Origin: Octopus bimaculoides
Taxonomy: Eukaryota
Length of the DNA stretch: 45,711 nucleotides
Direction of reading: 5' to 3'
NCBI RefSeq assembly: GCF_001194135.2
Contig: NC_068982.1
Location: 86,220,026 to 86,265,736, forward strand
Both the position numbers and the translations under genes were made by a program. Of the stretch, positions 1 through 11,812 are shown in pieces; positions within the stretch are counted from its first letter, which is position 1; every line of letters starts with the position of its first letter. The notes under the pieces are model-generated. The model was not told the origin of the DNA and ran no database searches. It saw nothing but the letters and a program-made list of their open reading frames with translations.

Positions 1-40
<40 letters not shown>
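1..40. repeat. (TA)n microsatellite
   Basis: Pure TA run at window start. Confidence 0.98.
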
Positions 41-44
<4 letters not shown>

Positions 45-250
45 TTTATGTATATATTAATATTATCTTGGTTCAAAAAACCTTGACAATGTAAATATGT
101 TAATAGTTACCATGGGTAGCACAAATCACACAAAAAAAAAACAGGATATCACACCCGTTTTATAGGTAGAGATACCAAATTAAAGTGTTGCATTTTTAGT
201 AGATATGAATAACAATAAATGGAACAAAACGCATATAAACAAAAGTTCTT

Positions 251-345
251 TTAATGCCTACATATGTTTCAAAATATATGTGCACTCTACTGCAAAGAAG
301 TAAGAGGTGCTGGAATTGCACATATATTCATCGTCAGGGAACCAA
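251..345 (-). ncRNA. Minimal type I hammerhead ribozyme motif
   Basis: Minus strand: uugguucc-CUGACGA-ug-aauauaugugca-(32 nt loop)-ugcacauauauu-uu-GAA-ACAUAUGU-A-ggcauuaa. Core CUGAnGA and GAAA, 12-bp perfect stem II, palindromic stem III, GUA triplet, imperfect stem I. Confidence 0.6.
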
Positions 346-931
346 CATATAGAAGCAATACAAATGCGAAATGATAAGGTTACATACGAGTTATAATATT
401 ATATGGCTAAGTAAGTGACCGTTGGAAACAAGAATGCTGGTTTACATAGAGTTATTACGGGAGAGAGGCTGTGAACACTATACTAAAGGTTTAAATTAAA
501 TGATTAAAATAGGGGAAGGCAAAATGGATCACAGTAAAATTCAATAAACAAAAGCTAGGGAAAAGTTGTAAGCTAAACAATAGGTGGAGGAAGGGAGAGA
601 ATCCAAAGAATTCATCGTATATAATAATTTCTCCTTAAGAAAAAAAATTAAATAACATACTGATTTGAAGCGAAGAATGTAAATATAAAAAATAGAATAA
701 TAAATAAAATATCATAGCCTTGTAATATATTCATATACGGATATTAACGCAAATTAATGGTAAAACAAGGTACAAGATATTTTGTTGAGAAATAATAATA
801 ATAATATACATGCTTACAAGGAGAAGATCGGGTATATTTAATTAAAGTTACTAATGGTACAAACACAACTAATGTAGCATTACTGGGAAGGATTTACTTA
901 ACCAACTATAGAAGGGGAAAATAAGAGTTTG

Positions 932-995
932 TTGGATTTCAAAAATCTGCCCATACTGTACCACAATTCAGTATGGGCAGATTTTTGAAATCCAA
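932..995. repeat. Perfect 27-bp inverted repeat with 10-nt loop
   Basis: ttggatttcaaaaatctgcccatactg (932-958) is the exact reverse complement of 969-995. Confidence 0.97.
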
Positions 996-1248
996 TGAAC
1001 ATTTATGCAGATATACCTTTTTAAAGGGATGTGATAAACCCATTATAATGGGTAATACTAAGTGTACTTTTTCCTTTTCTTTTTCTTTTGTGATGTAATC
1101 TTTGGACTAGCAATGGTTGCGGCTGAAGATAGCTTTAAACCATCTTTTATATCAACAATATACCTATACTGATGTAATGACAGATTGTTTATAAAGCTTG
1201 AAACACGTGTACCACAATATCCTTTGTGTTCTGTTTTCAATTTATGTT

Positions 1249-1250
<2 letters not shown>

Positions 1251-1284
<34 letters not shown>

Positions 1285-1407
1285 CCACACACACAGAGAT
1301 ATATTCTTTCATTCTTTTACATGTTTCAGTCATTTGACTGCGACCATGCCTTATATANNNNNNNNNNNNNNNNNNNNNNNNNNNNNNNNNNNNNNNNNNN
1401 NNNNNNN

Positions 1408-1450
<43 letters not shown>
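1251..1450. repeat. (TA)n/(CA)n microsatellites around a SINE 3' fragment and a 50-N gap
   Basis: 1310-1350 (cttttacatgtttcagtcatttgactgcgaccatgc) matches the reverse complement of the SINE tail at 43460-43505; Ns at 1358-1407. Confidence 0.8.
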
Positions 1451-1456
<6 letters not shown>

Positions 1457-2830
1457 TGGGCACAGGATGGCACCAATAGTAAACAACATGAAATACGAAA
1501 ACAAGAGTTCAATACCCAAACAACGAGAGAGAAAATGGAAAACAGAACAAGTAACACAGCAACAGCCCTTTATCAGTTGTTGGTTGTCTATCTACTCCTC
1601 ATTTCAAGCATTGAATGACAATATGAGTCTTCGAAGACAGCTGCTGCCATAAATACCAAAATAAAATTTTGGATTTATGGAGGGTCAAAGTTGAGAACAA
1701 AAATAGGACAGTGGAGACATACAAGGAAACCAAATGAAAAGAAATATGAAGGGTTGTTAGAGCAGAATGAGGGTAAACTTGCAAATGCAGGAGAAATATT
1801 TTCTTTGTAAACAGAAAAGATAGAAGAGAGAGATAAAAGACGTCCAGTCCTTAGGATGTCCTGGAGGAAAAGAAAGATGGACGATGGTCATGTGTGAGCA
1901 ACGAAAGAGAGAAAAAGAGAAAGAGGGGGAGAGAGAGAGAGACAGATAGATAACAGTGAAGGGGAGAAAAAGGGAATTAGAGAAGGATGGGGGAGAAAAC
2001 AGTATAGAGTAGAGTCGCATCAAAAAGCTTAAGATAAACTTACTTGGAAATGGAAGCATATAAATAATATATATATATATACATGCATATATTGATAGAA
2101 AGGACAACAAAAGAAAGAAAGAGACCTCAATATTATGTAAATAAAGGAATTTATCTGTAAAAATATGTGACACTTATTCGGTAGCCATGATACCAACATC
2201 TCTTCAGTTATCCGGTCATTGAAAATTCCTGTGAAAAATGACTGTTAAACAAAGGGAAATTACTGTGTGGTTGACTGTTATAAAGACAAAAGGGTTATAG
2301 ACCCCTAAGTAAGGGGAGGGGGCAAAGGTAAGGGAGTAAAAAAGTCTATAGTGTTTGCGTAAGCACACAAATCCGTACATTTGCCTATATGTATATACTA
2401 AACCACCCTCGCTTGAAACACACACATGCTCACCCACATACTTGCCAAAAACTATACATATATGTACATATACTTATATATACCTGCATACATGGGTGTA
2501 CCCGCATACCCCCCCCCCACACACACACACGCACTCAACAACCTTGCACCCATACACACGCACGCAAAAAGATTATAGAGCTAAGGCAAAAACAGAAGAA
2601 AGTGTGAGAAAGCTATAAGGTTAAAATGCATCTAATATGCGCATATTTTCACATGCACGCACATACATCTATATTCGCACGTACCCGCACACACACACAC
2701 ATAAAGTTCCATTACGTGTCTATAGATGCACAGGAAAAAAGCAGGGTGGAGGGGAGAAGACAGAAAAAATGTGTGGAAAAAATACAAAACATTAACTCTA
2801 TAATTATGTAAAAAATATTAAAAAATATTA

Positions 2831-3042
2831 AAAAATATATAAGAAATCTAAGTAAAATGTATAGAAAGATAAAAAGCTTATACATAGACACAAATATAGA
2901 AAGCAAGTCCTATCAGTAAAGTCCTATCAGCAAGTCCTATCAGTAAAAATATAAAAAATATATAAGAAATCTAAGTAAAAAGTATAGAGAGATAAAAAGC
3001 TTATACATAGATACAATATAGAAAGCAAGTCTTACCAGTAAA
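2831..3042. repeat. Tandem duplication of ~90 bp with triplicated gtcctatcag spacer
   Basis: 2831-2920 and 2953-3042 are near-identical (aaaaatatataagaaatctaagtaaaa...gaaagcaagtc(c/t)ta(t/c)cagtaaa). Confidence 0.9.
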
Positions 3043-3640
3043 CTCAGGGGGACAAAAATGTAGCAAATATTTGGCGTTAATAATGTCACATTTATAATTT
3101 TTGATAAGATAAGTATTACATTTATTTTTAATAATATTGTTTAACATTTTTCTATCTTGATATAATAAGTATTTTTTATATAAATTCATTTGTTATTTAT
3201 TGTTGGTTGATATATATACATTCATTTTATTATTATTATTGTTGTATTTTGACCTGAAGATTAGCTATATTTTTGAATAGAATTGATTTTTGATCGATTT
3301 AATCGATTTGATTATATTTTATTTTATTTTCTATTTGAAAATTTGGTTATGAAACATGTGTAATCGTTTTACTATTTTATGATCATTATTTTGTATTTTA
3401 TTATAGTTCTTTTTAGTGTATTTACTTATTAAATTTTTCTATATGTGACTGTGGATTTTCATGGATGAGTTCATGAACTTTGGTTCTTTTCTCTAAATTA
3501 TATATTTATATATTATATACTGTGAAACTTAATTTAATTTTAATTTTTGATAAATTGAATTTAATTCAGTTTTTACCTGTAAATTTGGATTTTTATCCCT
3601 ATTATATATATATATATATATTTATACAAAATCACACACA
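3040..3640 (-). mobile_element. Possible highly degenerate Penelope-like endonuclease C-terminus
   Basis: Minus ORF 3001-3189 contains KCNTYLIK...IINAKYLLHFCPP, loosely like the KCNLCL.EK...LLN.K.E...C.H end of Penelope ORFs; extremely AT-rich. Confidence 0.3.
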
Positions 3641-3645
3641 CAAAG

Positions 3646-4635
3646 CCAAAACCAAAGTCTTAGTAAGTAAGTAAGAAAGTGGACAAATCACAAATCCCCT
3701 CAGGTAGATGGCCCTGCTTGATCTGTAGAAAAGGCATAGGTAGAAACTCCATAGGATATACACATAAGAGGTGCAGCAATATCAGTGGCAGATTAACAGG
3801 GAAAATAGTTCTTGTATGTGGCAGGTGCACAGGTACAATAAACACCACAAATGTACAGAAAATAGACTCCATCAAATGCCAGGTGGGTAAGCTAGAGGTA
3901 ATTGAAAGCTTCCATTATCTAGGTGACCAAGTTAGTAGTGGAGGTCGATGCTCCAAGAATGTAGCTATGAGAATAAGAACAAGATCGGTAAAGTTCAGAG
4001 TGCTCCTACTTCTGTTGATAACAAAGAGCCTCTCCCTCAGATTGAAAAGCAGACTGTATGATGCCTGTGTGTGAACAGCTATGCTACATGGCCGTGAAAC
4101 ATGGGCTGTGACTGCCAAGGACATGCATAGACTTGAAAGAAATGAAGCTAGTATGCTTCACTGGATGTGCAATGTCAGTGGGCATGTATGAGAAAGTGTA
4201 AGCATCTTGAGAGAAAAGCTGGGCATAAGAGGCATCAGATGTGATGTGCATGAGAGACGACTATTAGTACGGTCATGTGATGCATATGGATGAGGACAGC
4301 TGTGTAGTGAAATGCCAATCTCTAATTGTGGAGGGAATCTGTGGAAGAAGTAAACCCAGGAAGACATGGGAAGATGATGAAGCATGATCTTTGAGTGTTG
4401 GGCTTCATAGAAATGATGACAAGTGACTGAGAAGTCTGGTGATATGCTGTACATGAGAAGACTTGTCAGGTCAAGTGAAGTTGTAGTTGTGGTCATGCCA
4501 GTGTCATATAAATGACACCTGTGCAGTCATTGTCGGTACCATGTAAATGACACCTGTGAATTGTAGCTATGGTCGTTTGCTGCCGGTGCCATGTAAATGG
4601 CACCTATGAATCATAGTCGTCATCAATGCCAGTAT
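3646..4635 (+). mobile_element. RTE-clade LINE, 5'-truncated decayed copy 1
   Basis: PSGRWPCLICRKG, LEVIESFHYLGD, RLYDACV, LHGRETW, KLGIRGIRC segments; homologous to 28080-28930 and 39040-39960; stops and frameshifts. Confidence 0.9.
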
Positions 4636-5499
4636 GTACATATATATACATATAGTAACACAAAAGGGTTGATGTTCACTACAGGTGTTTCAGGTGCATT
4701 TTTTATTGAACAAATCAATGACATCATGAAATAAAAAAACCTTTTCTTCAGATGAATTAAAATTTAGATCCAGAATTTAACATGTAAGATTTTACACATA
4801 AATGACATAGAATATATTTTGATTCCCTTCATGATCTCATAAATTTTCAAAACATTTTGTTCATAAAAAGCTTACCCCATCATTTTCAAGGCCATGATGA
4901 AAAAAAAAATTGGGAAAATCCCTGTCAAAACAGAAAATCCAATATGTGGGCATCCTGATCTGAAATGACTGCATTTATAGCCATTTTTAATAGTCCATTA
5001 AAATTTTATTGAAATGATGTCATATCCTAAAATATCATAATTTATTTAGTTCTACAGCTACTACAAATGTGCCAAAACTGAAGCCACTGTGGCTTGTACT
5101 TTTGGATTTAACTAGGTCTGAAAATACTGCACAATTGACTGTTTGTTACATATAACAAAATAGGCTTTACATAAGTATTCAAAAAATCCCATCCCGCAAG
5201 TTTTCTTTCCAAGAACCTGAAAAAAAAATAGGCAACTGCTATAACATGGTCACTATTAATTTGTGTAATCTGAAGATGATTATCATCTGTTTCAAAGATG
5301 TGACATCATAAATATGGTTAATTTTTTATTTAGGTCAATTACACAAGATTTCAACCAATTCATTAATCATTCAAATTGTCATATTTCCTAAAGTAGTCAT
5401 CCAAATTTCACAAGTGAGGTATCAAAATGTTTCTTTTTGGAAGCTCTCCAAGGAAAAGTAGAATAGAAATAACATTTAAATATTTTCAAAAATTCACAG

Positions 5500-6180
5500 T
5501 AACAACTATTATAAGCAAAAACTTGCAGATGTTCATCTCTGTAAGTGCCAAACCTTAAGAAATATTCTTTGCTGTCAATTTAAATGGAGTTGGTGGAATT
5601 TCTGTATTCTCAGCTCACTCTTGCTCATTAAACTTGCACCTCAACCATATCATCCTATATGACTTCATTTGCAAGAATAAAAATATCTTCCTTAATTTGA
5701 TGTAGACTTTGTGCTTGCAGAAAATTGGCTAAATTCATGGTTACAATCTGACCATATATTTTCCCAAGCACTATTCAAAATTGGGGTTTTCACTTCACCC
5801 CATGACTCAGCCCTCTTATTCACAGTATCCATCACATAGAATTTCTTCAGAAAGTTTCTAATTGTAGGTTTATTCTCCCTATTAATGACTTTCAAAAGTT
5901 GTTTAAAAGTTTTTCTCAAATAATATCTTGAAGTTAGCTATTACACCATGATCCATTGGCTAGAGTGAAGAAGCTGTATTTTTGGAGATATATTCTATTC
6001 TCACACATTATCAGAAAGATATTTTAAATTTACTGGGGGACTTAATGCATTGTCTAAAAGGAGCAACACTTTGTTCTCATATAATCAATCAGCTGTTAGA
6101 TCTTTCAGTTCCCAGACACTAGTTGGAATGTTTCATGTTACTATTAAAAATTAGCTTTGTCAATATTTTTAACTTCAGAT
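5500..6180 (-). mobile_element. pogo/Tigger-type DDE transposase remnant
   Basis: Minus strand DNALSPP, QPMDHGVIANFK, and ORF 5692-5919 (NFLKKFYVMDTV...WGEVKTPILNSAWENIW) typical of Tigger/CENP-B DDE_1 C-terminal part. Confidence 0.8.
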
Positions 6181-7269
6181 AAGGTGACATTTATTGTCAG
6201 CTATGTAAATATTCATAACTAAAAACATTTTTTAAATGGCTTCAAACATGAAATATGAATGAAACAAATAAAAGCCCTTTATAAAATGAAAACCATTATA
6301 TTTGATATAATTAAATATATTACAAAAATAAAAAGAAACACAAATTCTAATGCAACTTATAATTGTTGACATTTATTTTAATATAATAAATGATGTAAAA
6401 CATAAGCTCTCACACTCTTATTATTTATTATTCAATACTTTTCATAACATATATGAAATCTTATACGAATTAAGCAGTTCAAAGTAGTTTTCTCAGCAAC
6501 ATATCTGGCAATCAATCACTGGTCCTTGAAAAGAACCACCAATCACAGCAAAAATGACTTCTGGAAGCTCTGTGGTTAATATTACATGCACAACTGGACA
6601 ACTCATCCAATCTCTTTCTCATATTGCTACCCAACCCTTGCACCTATCCCACTTCTGATTCCAAATTTTCTTTCTTGTTATCCAGAACCATTTTTACTTG
6701 TTACCCATTCTTCATCCATTAATATTGTTCTCTATACCCACACATTATATTGATCTACCCATCCCTCATTCTCACATTGCACAATGGAATTCTCTTTTCA
6801 TGCACTAAACCTCACTCTCCCCGCCTTCTGCTGTAGCATACCCAAACACATCATCTCTCTCTTGTGTTTTCCATGTTAACTGTTGTTACTACTGTCTTCT
6901 TGCATCCTTCTAACTTCCAGACTTGTGTGCCATTGACTATCCCCACACCTGCATCCATCACTCCTTACATCCACCTGTCAATTGTACCCAATCCTTATAG
7001 GTGTTTCCTGCTTCTCCTCATCCATTTCCTTAACTCCTACTCCCATGTACATTCTTCTAAATCCCCATCCACTCACACTCCTAGTTTCTGTTCCCACTCT
7101 TTTCTACTCACCTTGTGCCTTGAAGTGCCACCTGGACAACTCATCACCAATATTTATCTCTTTGGAGATGCCATCATTCCATTCTCATTCTCTTCCCTAA
7201 ATGTGAGTAACTCCCCTACAATAGAAATCTGCTCTGCCCCATCTCCCTTACTCATACCTTAACTCCACC

Positions 7270-7475
7270 CTGCTTGCAAGCTACATGGGGACTTCCCTAG
7301 TGCCAGTGGAAAGCATCCACTACACACTGTAAGTTGGTTGGCACTAAGCAGGGCACCCAGTAATAGAAACCATGAAGCAGAGAAACCACTGGAGCACATT
7401 GCAATCTTTATACTTATTAGATCCTGTCAAACTGTCTAACCCATACCAGCATGGAGCATGGATGTTAAATGATGA
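7270..7475 (+). mobile_element. Isolated RTE-type 3' tail
   Basis: aagcatccactacacact...aacccataccagcatggagcatggatgttaaatgatgat, homologous to tails at 29300-29473 and 40410-40579. Confidence 0.8.
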
Positions 7476-7915
7476 TATTTGTTTAGTCACCTTCTGTTAG
7501 TAAAGTTCTTTTATATGTAAGTGAATTATATGTTTTTATCTGTATATTAACCAGAATTCTGCCTTTGTAAAATGTATAAAACACTAAGAAAAGTAACTTA
7601 AATAGTAAGAAAATCTGCAATTTATTTTGGTAGTGATTATAGCAGACAGCAGCTTTAGCAGTGATGATAACAGAGTAATAGTAACAGAGATAGCACTGGC
7701 AGTGATGGTAACAGAGATAGCACTGATGACATTGATAGTGATAATAGTAAATGCAGATAGAGAGAGATGGGGGGAGAGAGAGAGAGAGAGAGAGAGAGAG
7801 TAATATAGGAGTTTCTAAGAAGCGAGAGGCTGTGTGATGTCACAGTATCATTAGCTATGTCATCCTCTTATGGATTATACATACAACTTGTGTAGAGTAA
7901 TTTAAGTTCTAGTAC

Positions 7916-8231
7916 CTTGTTATTTATAAATTTTACACATAATGATCTGATTAGATTTTTATTTTTAATATGTAAATATTCACCATGTGGTATATACAAC
8001 TGTGACAAGAATAAACAGTTAGATTTTAATGTGTAGACATTATTATTTGGATTTTTTCTTAAATACAATTATATATTTTGCCTATTTTTGAAGATTTGTT
8101 ATATATTCCCATTGTAAAGTAATTTAATTTATCTTCTTAATTCATCCTGTGATCATTGATTCGATTACTGATATTTTATGTTGCAAATTGAATTTGTTTT
8201 ATCTTATATGAAATTTAGGGATTCTCTCAAT
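7916..8231. repeat. 316-bp direct repeat, copy A
   Basis: Same length as 11823-12138, about 10 substitutions counted by eye. Confidence 0.95.
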
Positions 8232-8324
8232 GATGATCTTGTGAAATTTCTGCAATTTTGGTACACAAGCATGAACTAAATGTGTCCTAATACACATTTA
8301 AAAAAAAAAATCATTTCTTGCGAA

Positions 8325-10386
8325 TAAAATTTTCTATTCGGACACCTGTGTGAATATGGTATTGTTATCAACCCCAGTAAGTGTTTGTTCGGAGTTGCAT
8401 CCCTTCATTTTCTCATTGTTGATAAGGATGGCATTTTCCTACTTCCCAAGAAAGTCAAAACCATCGTAGATTTTCCACCACCCACATCTCTCCACAAATT
8501 GAAGGAATTTCTTGGCTTGGTAAATTTCTACCAGAGATTTTTACTCCACTGTGCAGAGACAGCCCAACTGCTCACAGATTTGCTGCGACAGCGAACAAGC
8601 AAAAATACAAACATTGCCCTGAGCAAAAACAAATTGCCTCTTTCGCTGCCTTGAAAAAAAGCATTATCTAACTCTACCATGCTGGTGTATCCCAAACCAG
8701 GCGCCCCAGTGTATGTACTAGTTGATGCATCTTATTCCAGAGTTGGAGGTGTGTTCCAACAACTCACTGACGGTATTTGGTAACTTGTATCCTTCTTCTC
8801 CGAGTGCTTAAAACCCACCGAGACTAAATGCAGAAACTTTGGTCGAGAATTACTGTCAGTGTATCTCGCTGTCAAGTATTTTTGACACATGCTGGAAGGT
8901 CGTGTTTTCTCCATTTAAATCGACCATAAACCACTGGTTTATGCCTTCAACGCCAAGCCTGATTGTCACTCACCCAAGAAAATCCGACATCTAGACTTCA
9001 TACCACAGTACACAACAGACATTCGTCAGATCAAGGATGCAAACAACTCTGCAGTTGATGCCCTGTCATGCATGGAATTTAATGCTATCCATACCACTGC
9101 TACCATCATTGATCTCCAGCAGATTGCAGCTGATCAACAAGATGACAAAGAACTATTACAGCTCCAGAATTCATCATCTCTGAAATTTCGGCAATCACGG
9201 ATACCCTCTGCTACAGGCTATATTCAATGCAACACCTCCACTGATCATGAACGTCCATACATGCTACAGAAACATATATGTGCCGTTTTCTCTGCTTTGC
9301 ATTCCCTAGCATATCCTGGTGTTCACACCACACAAAAGTTGATATTGACCCATTTTGTGTGGCCCAACATCAACAAGGACACCCATGATTGGCCAAAAAG
9401 CAAAGGTCCATCTACACATTAAATCTACCATCGGTTCCTTTGCAACTCCAGATGCACATTTTCAATATGTGTATACTGATATCGTTGGACCCTTGCCTCC
9501 TTCCAACAACTGCAATCACCTGCTCACCTGTGTTGACAGATTTTCTCACTGGCTAGAAGCTTTTCCCTTATTGGACACTTCTGCAGAGACTGTCGCCAAA
9601 ACGCTAGTGTTTCACTGGGTTTTGTGTTTTGGCACACCCACAACGATCACCACAGAGGACATCAAGTTCAATTCTCACCTTTTCACCGAGCTGACTCCTC
9701 TCCTCAGGTGTAAACACACCTGCACAACAACTTATCACCCTGCAGCAAATGGCATGGTCAAACGCTTTCACTGCCAACTCAAGGTGGTTATAAAAGAATA
9801 TCCAGACTGCTCCAACTGGTTGGAATATCTCCCTCTCATCCTCCTTGGTATTCAATCTATGGTTAAGGAGAAAGTTGGACATACTCTGGCTGAACTGGTC
9901 TATGGCACAGCACTTGCCTTACCTGGGCAGATGATAGATCCTATTTCACCACAAAACTTTCTGGACCCAGCCAAATATGTGCACCACTTACGGACACCGA
10001 TGTTGCATTTGTTCCCTGCAGGCCCCAGACAACAGAATGTCGCTTCACATGTCCCAAAGGACATCAATACTTGGACGCATGTTTTTGTTAGAAGTGACGG
10101 AATACCTTCTCAACTTCAGTCACCATATTCTGGGCCCTACAAAGTAATCGAAAAAGAACCAAAGTATTTCGTTCTTGATATTGGAGGAAAACGAAATACT
10201 GTCTCTGTTGGTTGCTTAAAAAAAGCATTCGTCGAAGGGTACTTAATTTCAGTTCCCGCCATTCCTCAAACAGACTCAACAACTTCAGCTTCACTCATCG
10301 CAAACACCTCAGATTCTGCCCAACCCTGGCACACCAAATCAGGAAGAACAATTCGATGGCCCACAAAATTTGTTCAAGTGTTTTGA
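8325..10386 (+). mobile_element. Ty3/Gypsy pol remnant (RT C-terminus, RNase H, integrase), 5'-truncated
   Basis: EYGIVINPSKCLFGV, LKEFLGLVNFY, VDASYSRVGGV, FGRELLSVYL, DHKPL, IVGPLPPSN...LLTCVDRFSHW, TTTYHPAANGMVKRFH, PYSGPYKVI; multiple frameshifts and stops. Confidence 0.95.
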
Positions 10387-11122
10387 GTAAGTACAAACTC
10401 TTTACCTACCCGTCTTCTCAATTGAAAAGTCCACAATGCCCATATCAACAAATAAAAACAATTTTTTTTTCTTATGATGATGAACAATTTACACATACAT
10501 AACCAAAGTGACTCTGCACCACCCATATACAAACCAAAAGAAAACAAAGACCATTTTGTATAAAAAAAACATTTTTCTATATCAATGAAAACATTTTTTA
10601 TGAACATTGTTCTGCTAATTGAACTGTCTGATCATTTCACCAAACAAACTTTTTCCATGAACATTTTCATTTTTCTGTAAAATTACATTTTCTTGCATGT
10701 GCATATGTTTTGCTTTGTTTTAAAAATGCTCTCTACATCACACCTGTCTGCTTACACACATTTGCACCACTCATATTTTAACGTGTGCTATCACTTGCTC
10801 TCTGCACCACTGAAAGACAGCTTACCTCTATTGGGTCACGTAATCGATAGAGTTGCATATCTCTTTCAATGTGCCAGCATACTACATTTATGCTTCTGCC
10901 AAGGCATATACACATTGCTTAACATATATTGCACACACCAACTCAGAACATTGGTTCTTTGCTTTATATTTTTATTTTTCATTTCTTTCACTTCCCATGT
11001 TTTTAACATGAATTCATTTGTTTGTAAATTAAACTGTATCCATTTTTCTGCATTACACACAAAATCACACATTTTCAATATCACACACATACGTATTGTT
11101 CGATCTCTGTGGCTTTCTCCCT

Positions 11123-11135
11123 AGAAGTGGGGTAG
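11123..11135 (+). promoter_or_regulatory. Polypurine tract of the Gypsy element
   Basis: agaagtggggtag immediately 5' of TGTA LTR start. Confidence 0.7.
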
Positions 11136-11808
11136 TGTAAAAACTAAGGCTTCCTTTTTTTCGAACTGAGATTCGAAACTGAATCTAAGGATTCTCGCTC
11201 GTCCAATCCACCACTGGCAAAACAGGCGCGAAAAAAATTTCTTTGTCCTGTCAAAAAATGATGGATGAATTTCACTTCGACCTACGACCTGAGCTGTGTC
11301 ATTTAAGGTTCAAGTGGACAGGAGGCGGCCTACATAAGTAGAAATTACTCCTGTGGTATGTCTGTCCTTCTAGCTGTCATGACCCTTATAAATACCACAA
11401 TCCATCAAGGGACTGCAGATAGCCATCACCAGGCAAAGACAGCCAGCAAATAACTTGCACCAGTCAAGCAGTCAACATAGAACCACATATTCAGCATGAA
11501 CAACACAACACAGTAGCAGTCACAGAACATAAACAGACACCACCGAATGACCAATGCACATACAGACACAAAACATGCCCGGTTCTACCTCATCACATCA
11601 ACACAGTATTTCCCCTGTTTATTTTCTTCTTCCCCAACTCGAAGCAAGTTGGTAATGTCATGTAGTGAATTTTTTGGTGTATACAACAAGTAAATGCAAG
11701 TGTCGATTATATAAATTATTTAAACCACAATCTGATGCTTTCCCATTGTTTTACTTTGACGTCATCCACATGCCTATTTCATCTGCTACCTCAACATCTT
11801 TTGCTACA
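11136..11808 (+). mobile_element. 3' LTR of the Gypsy element (~673 bp)
   Basis: Starts TGTA after the PPT, ends TACA just before flanking sequence resumes; TATAAATA at 11387-11394. No 5' LTR to confirm the right boundary. Confidence 0.7.
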
Positions 11809-11812
11809 CCTT

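Larger units (their letters stand above)
100..1045 (-). mobile_element. Degenerate Penelope-like retroelement 3' end (GIY-YIG remnant plus tail with hammerhead)
   Basis: Minus strand from ~1045 reads IMGLSHPFKKVYLHKCS...LKSN...PCKH, loosely like the GIY-YIG C-terminus of Penelope ORFs; a hammerhead motif lies downstream on the same strand. Boundaries approximate. Confidence 0.45.

Noticed and set aside
3254-3300. CTGAAGA as a second hammerhead core
   Set aside because: No convincing stem II, GAAA or cleavage triplet follows
4640-5340. Probable non-coding DNA-transposon-like repeat (also 18200-18545)
   Set aside because: No TIR, TSD or coding motif could be identified by eye
6600-7270. ORFs 6864-7262 and 6982-7200
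   Set aside because: Pyrimidine-rich low-complexity sequence, no motifs or splice support; same for 45020-45560 and purine-rich 1650-2170
9355-10386. 343-aa integrase ORF as a domesticated gene
   Set aside because: Embedded in frameshifted pol, with damaged catalytic residues (TTITTEDIKF lacks the usual TDRG; VKRFH in place of VERFH)
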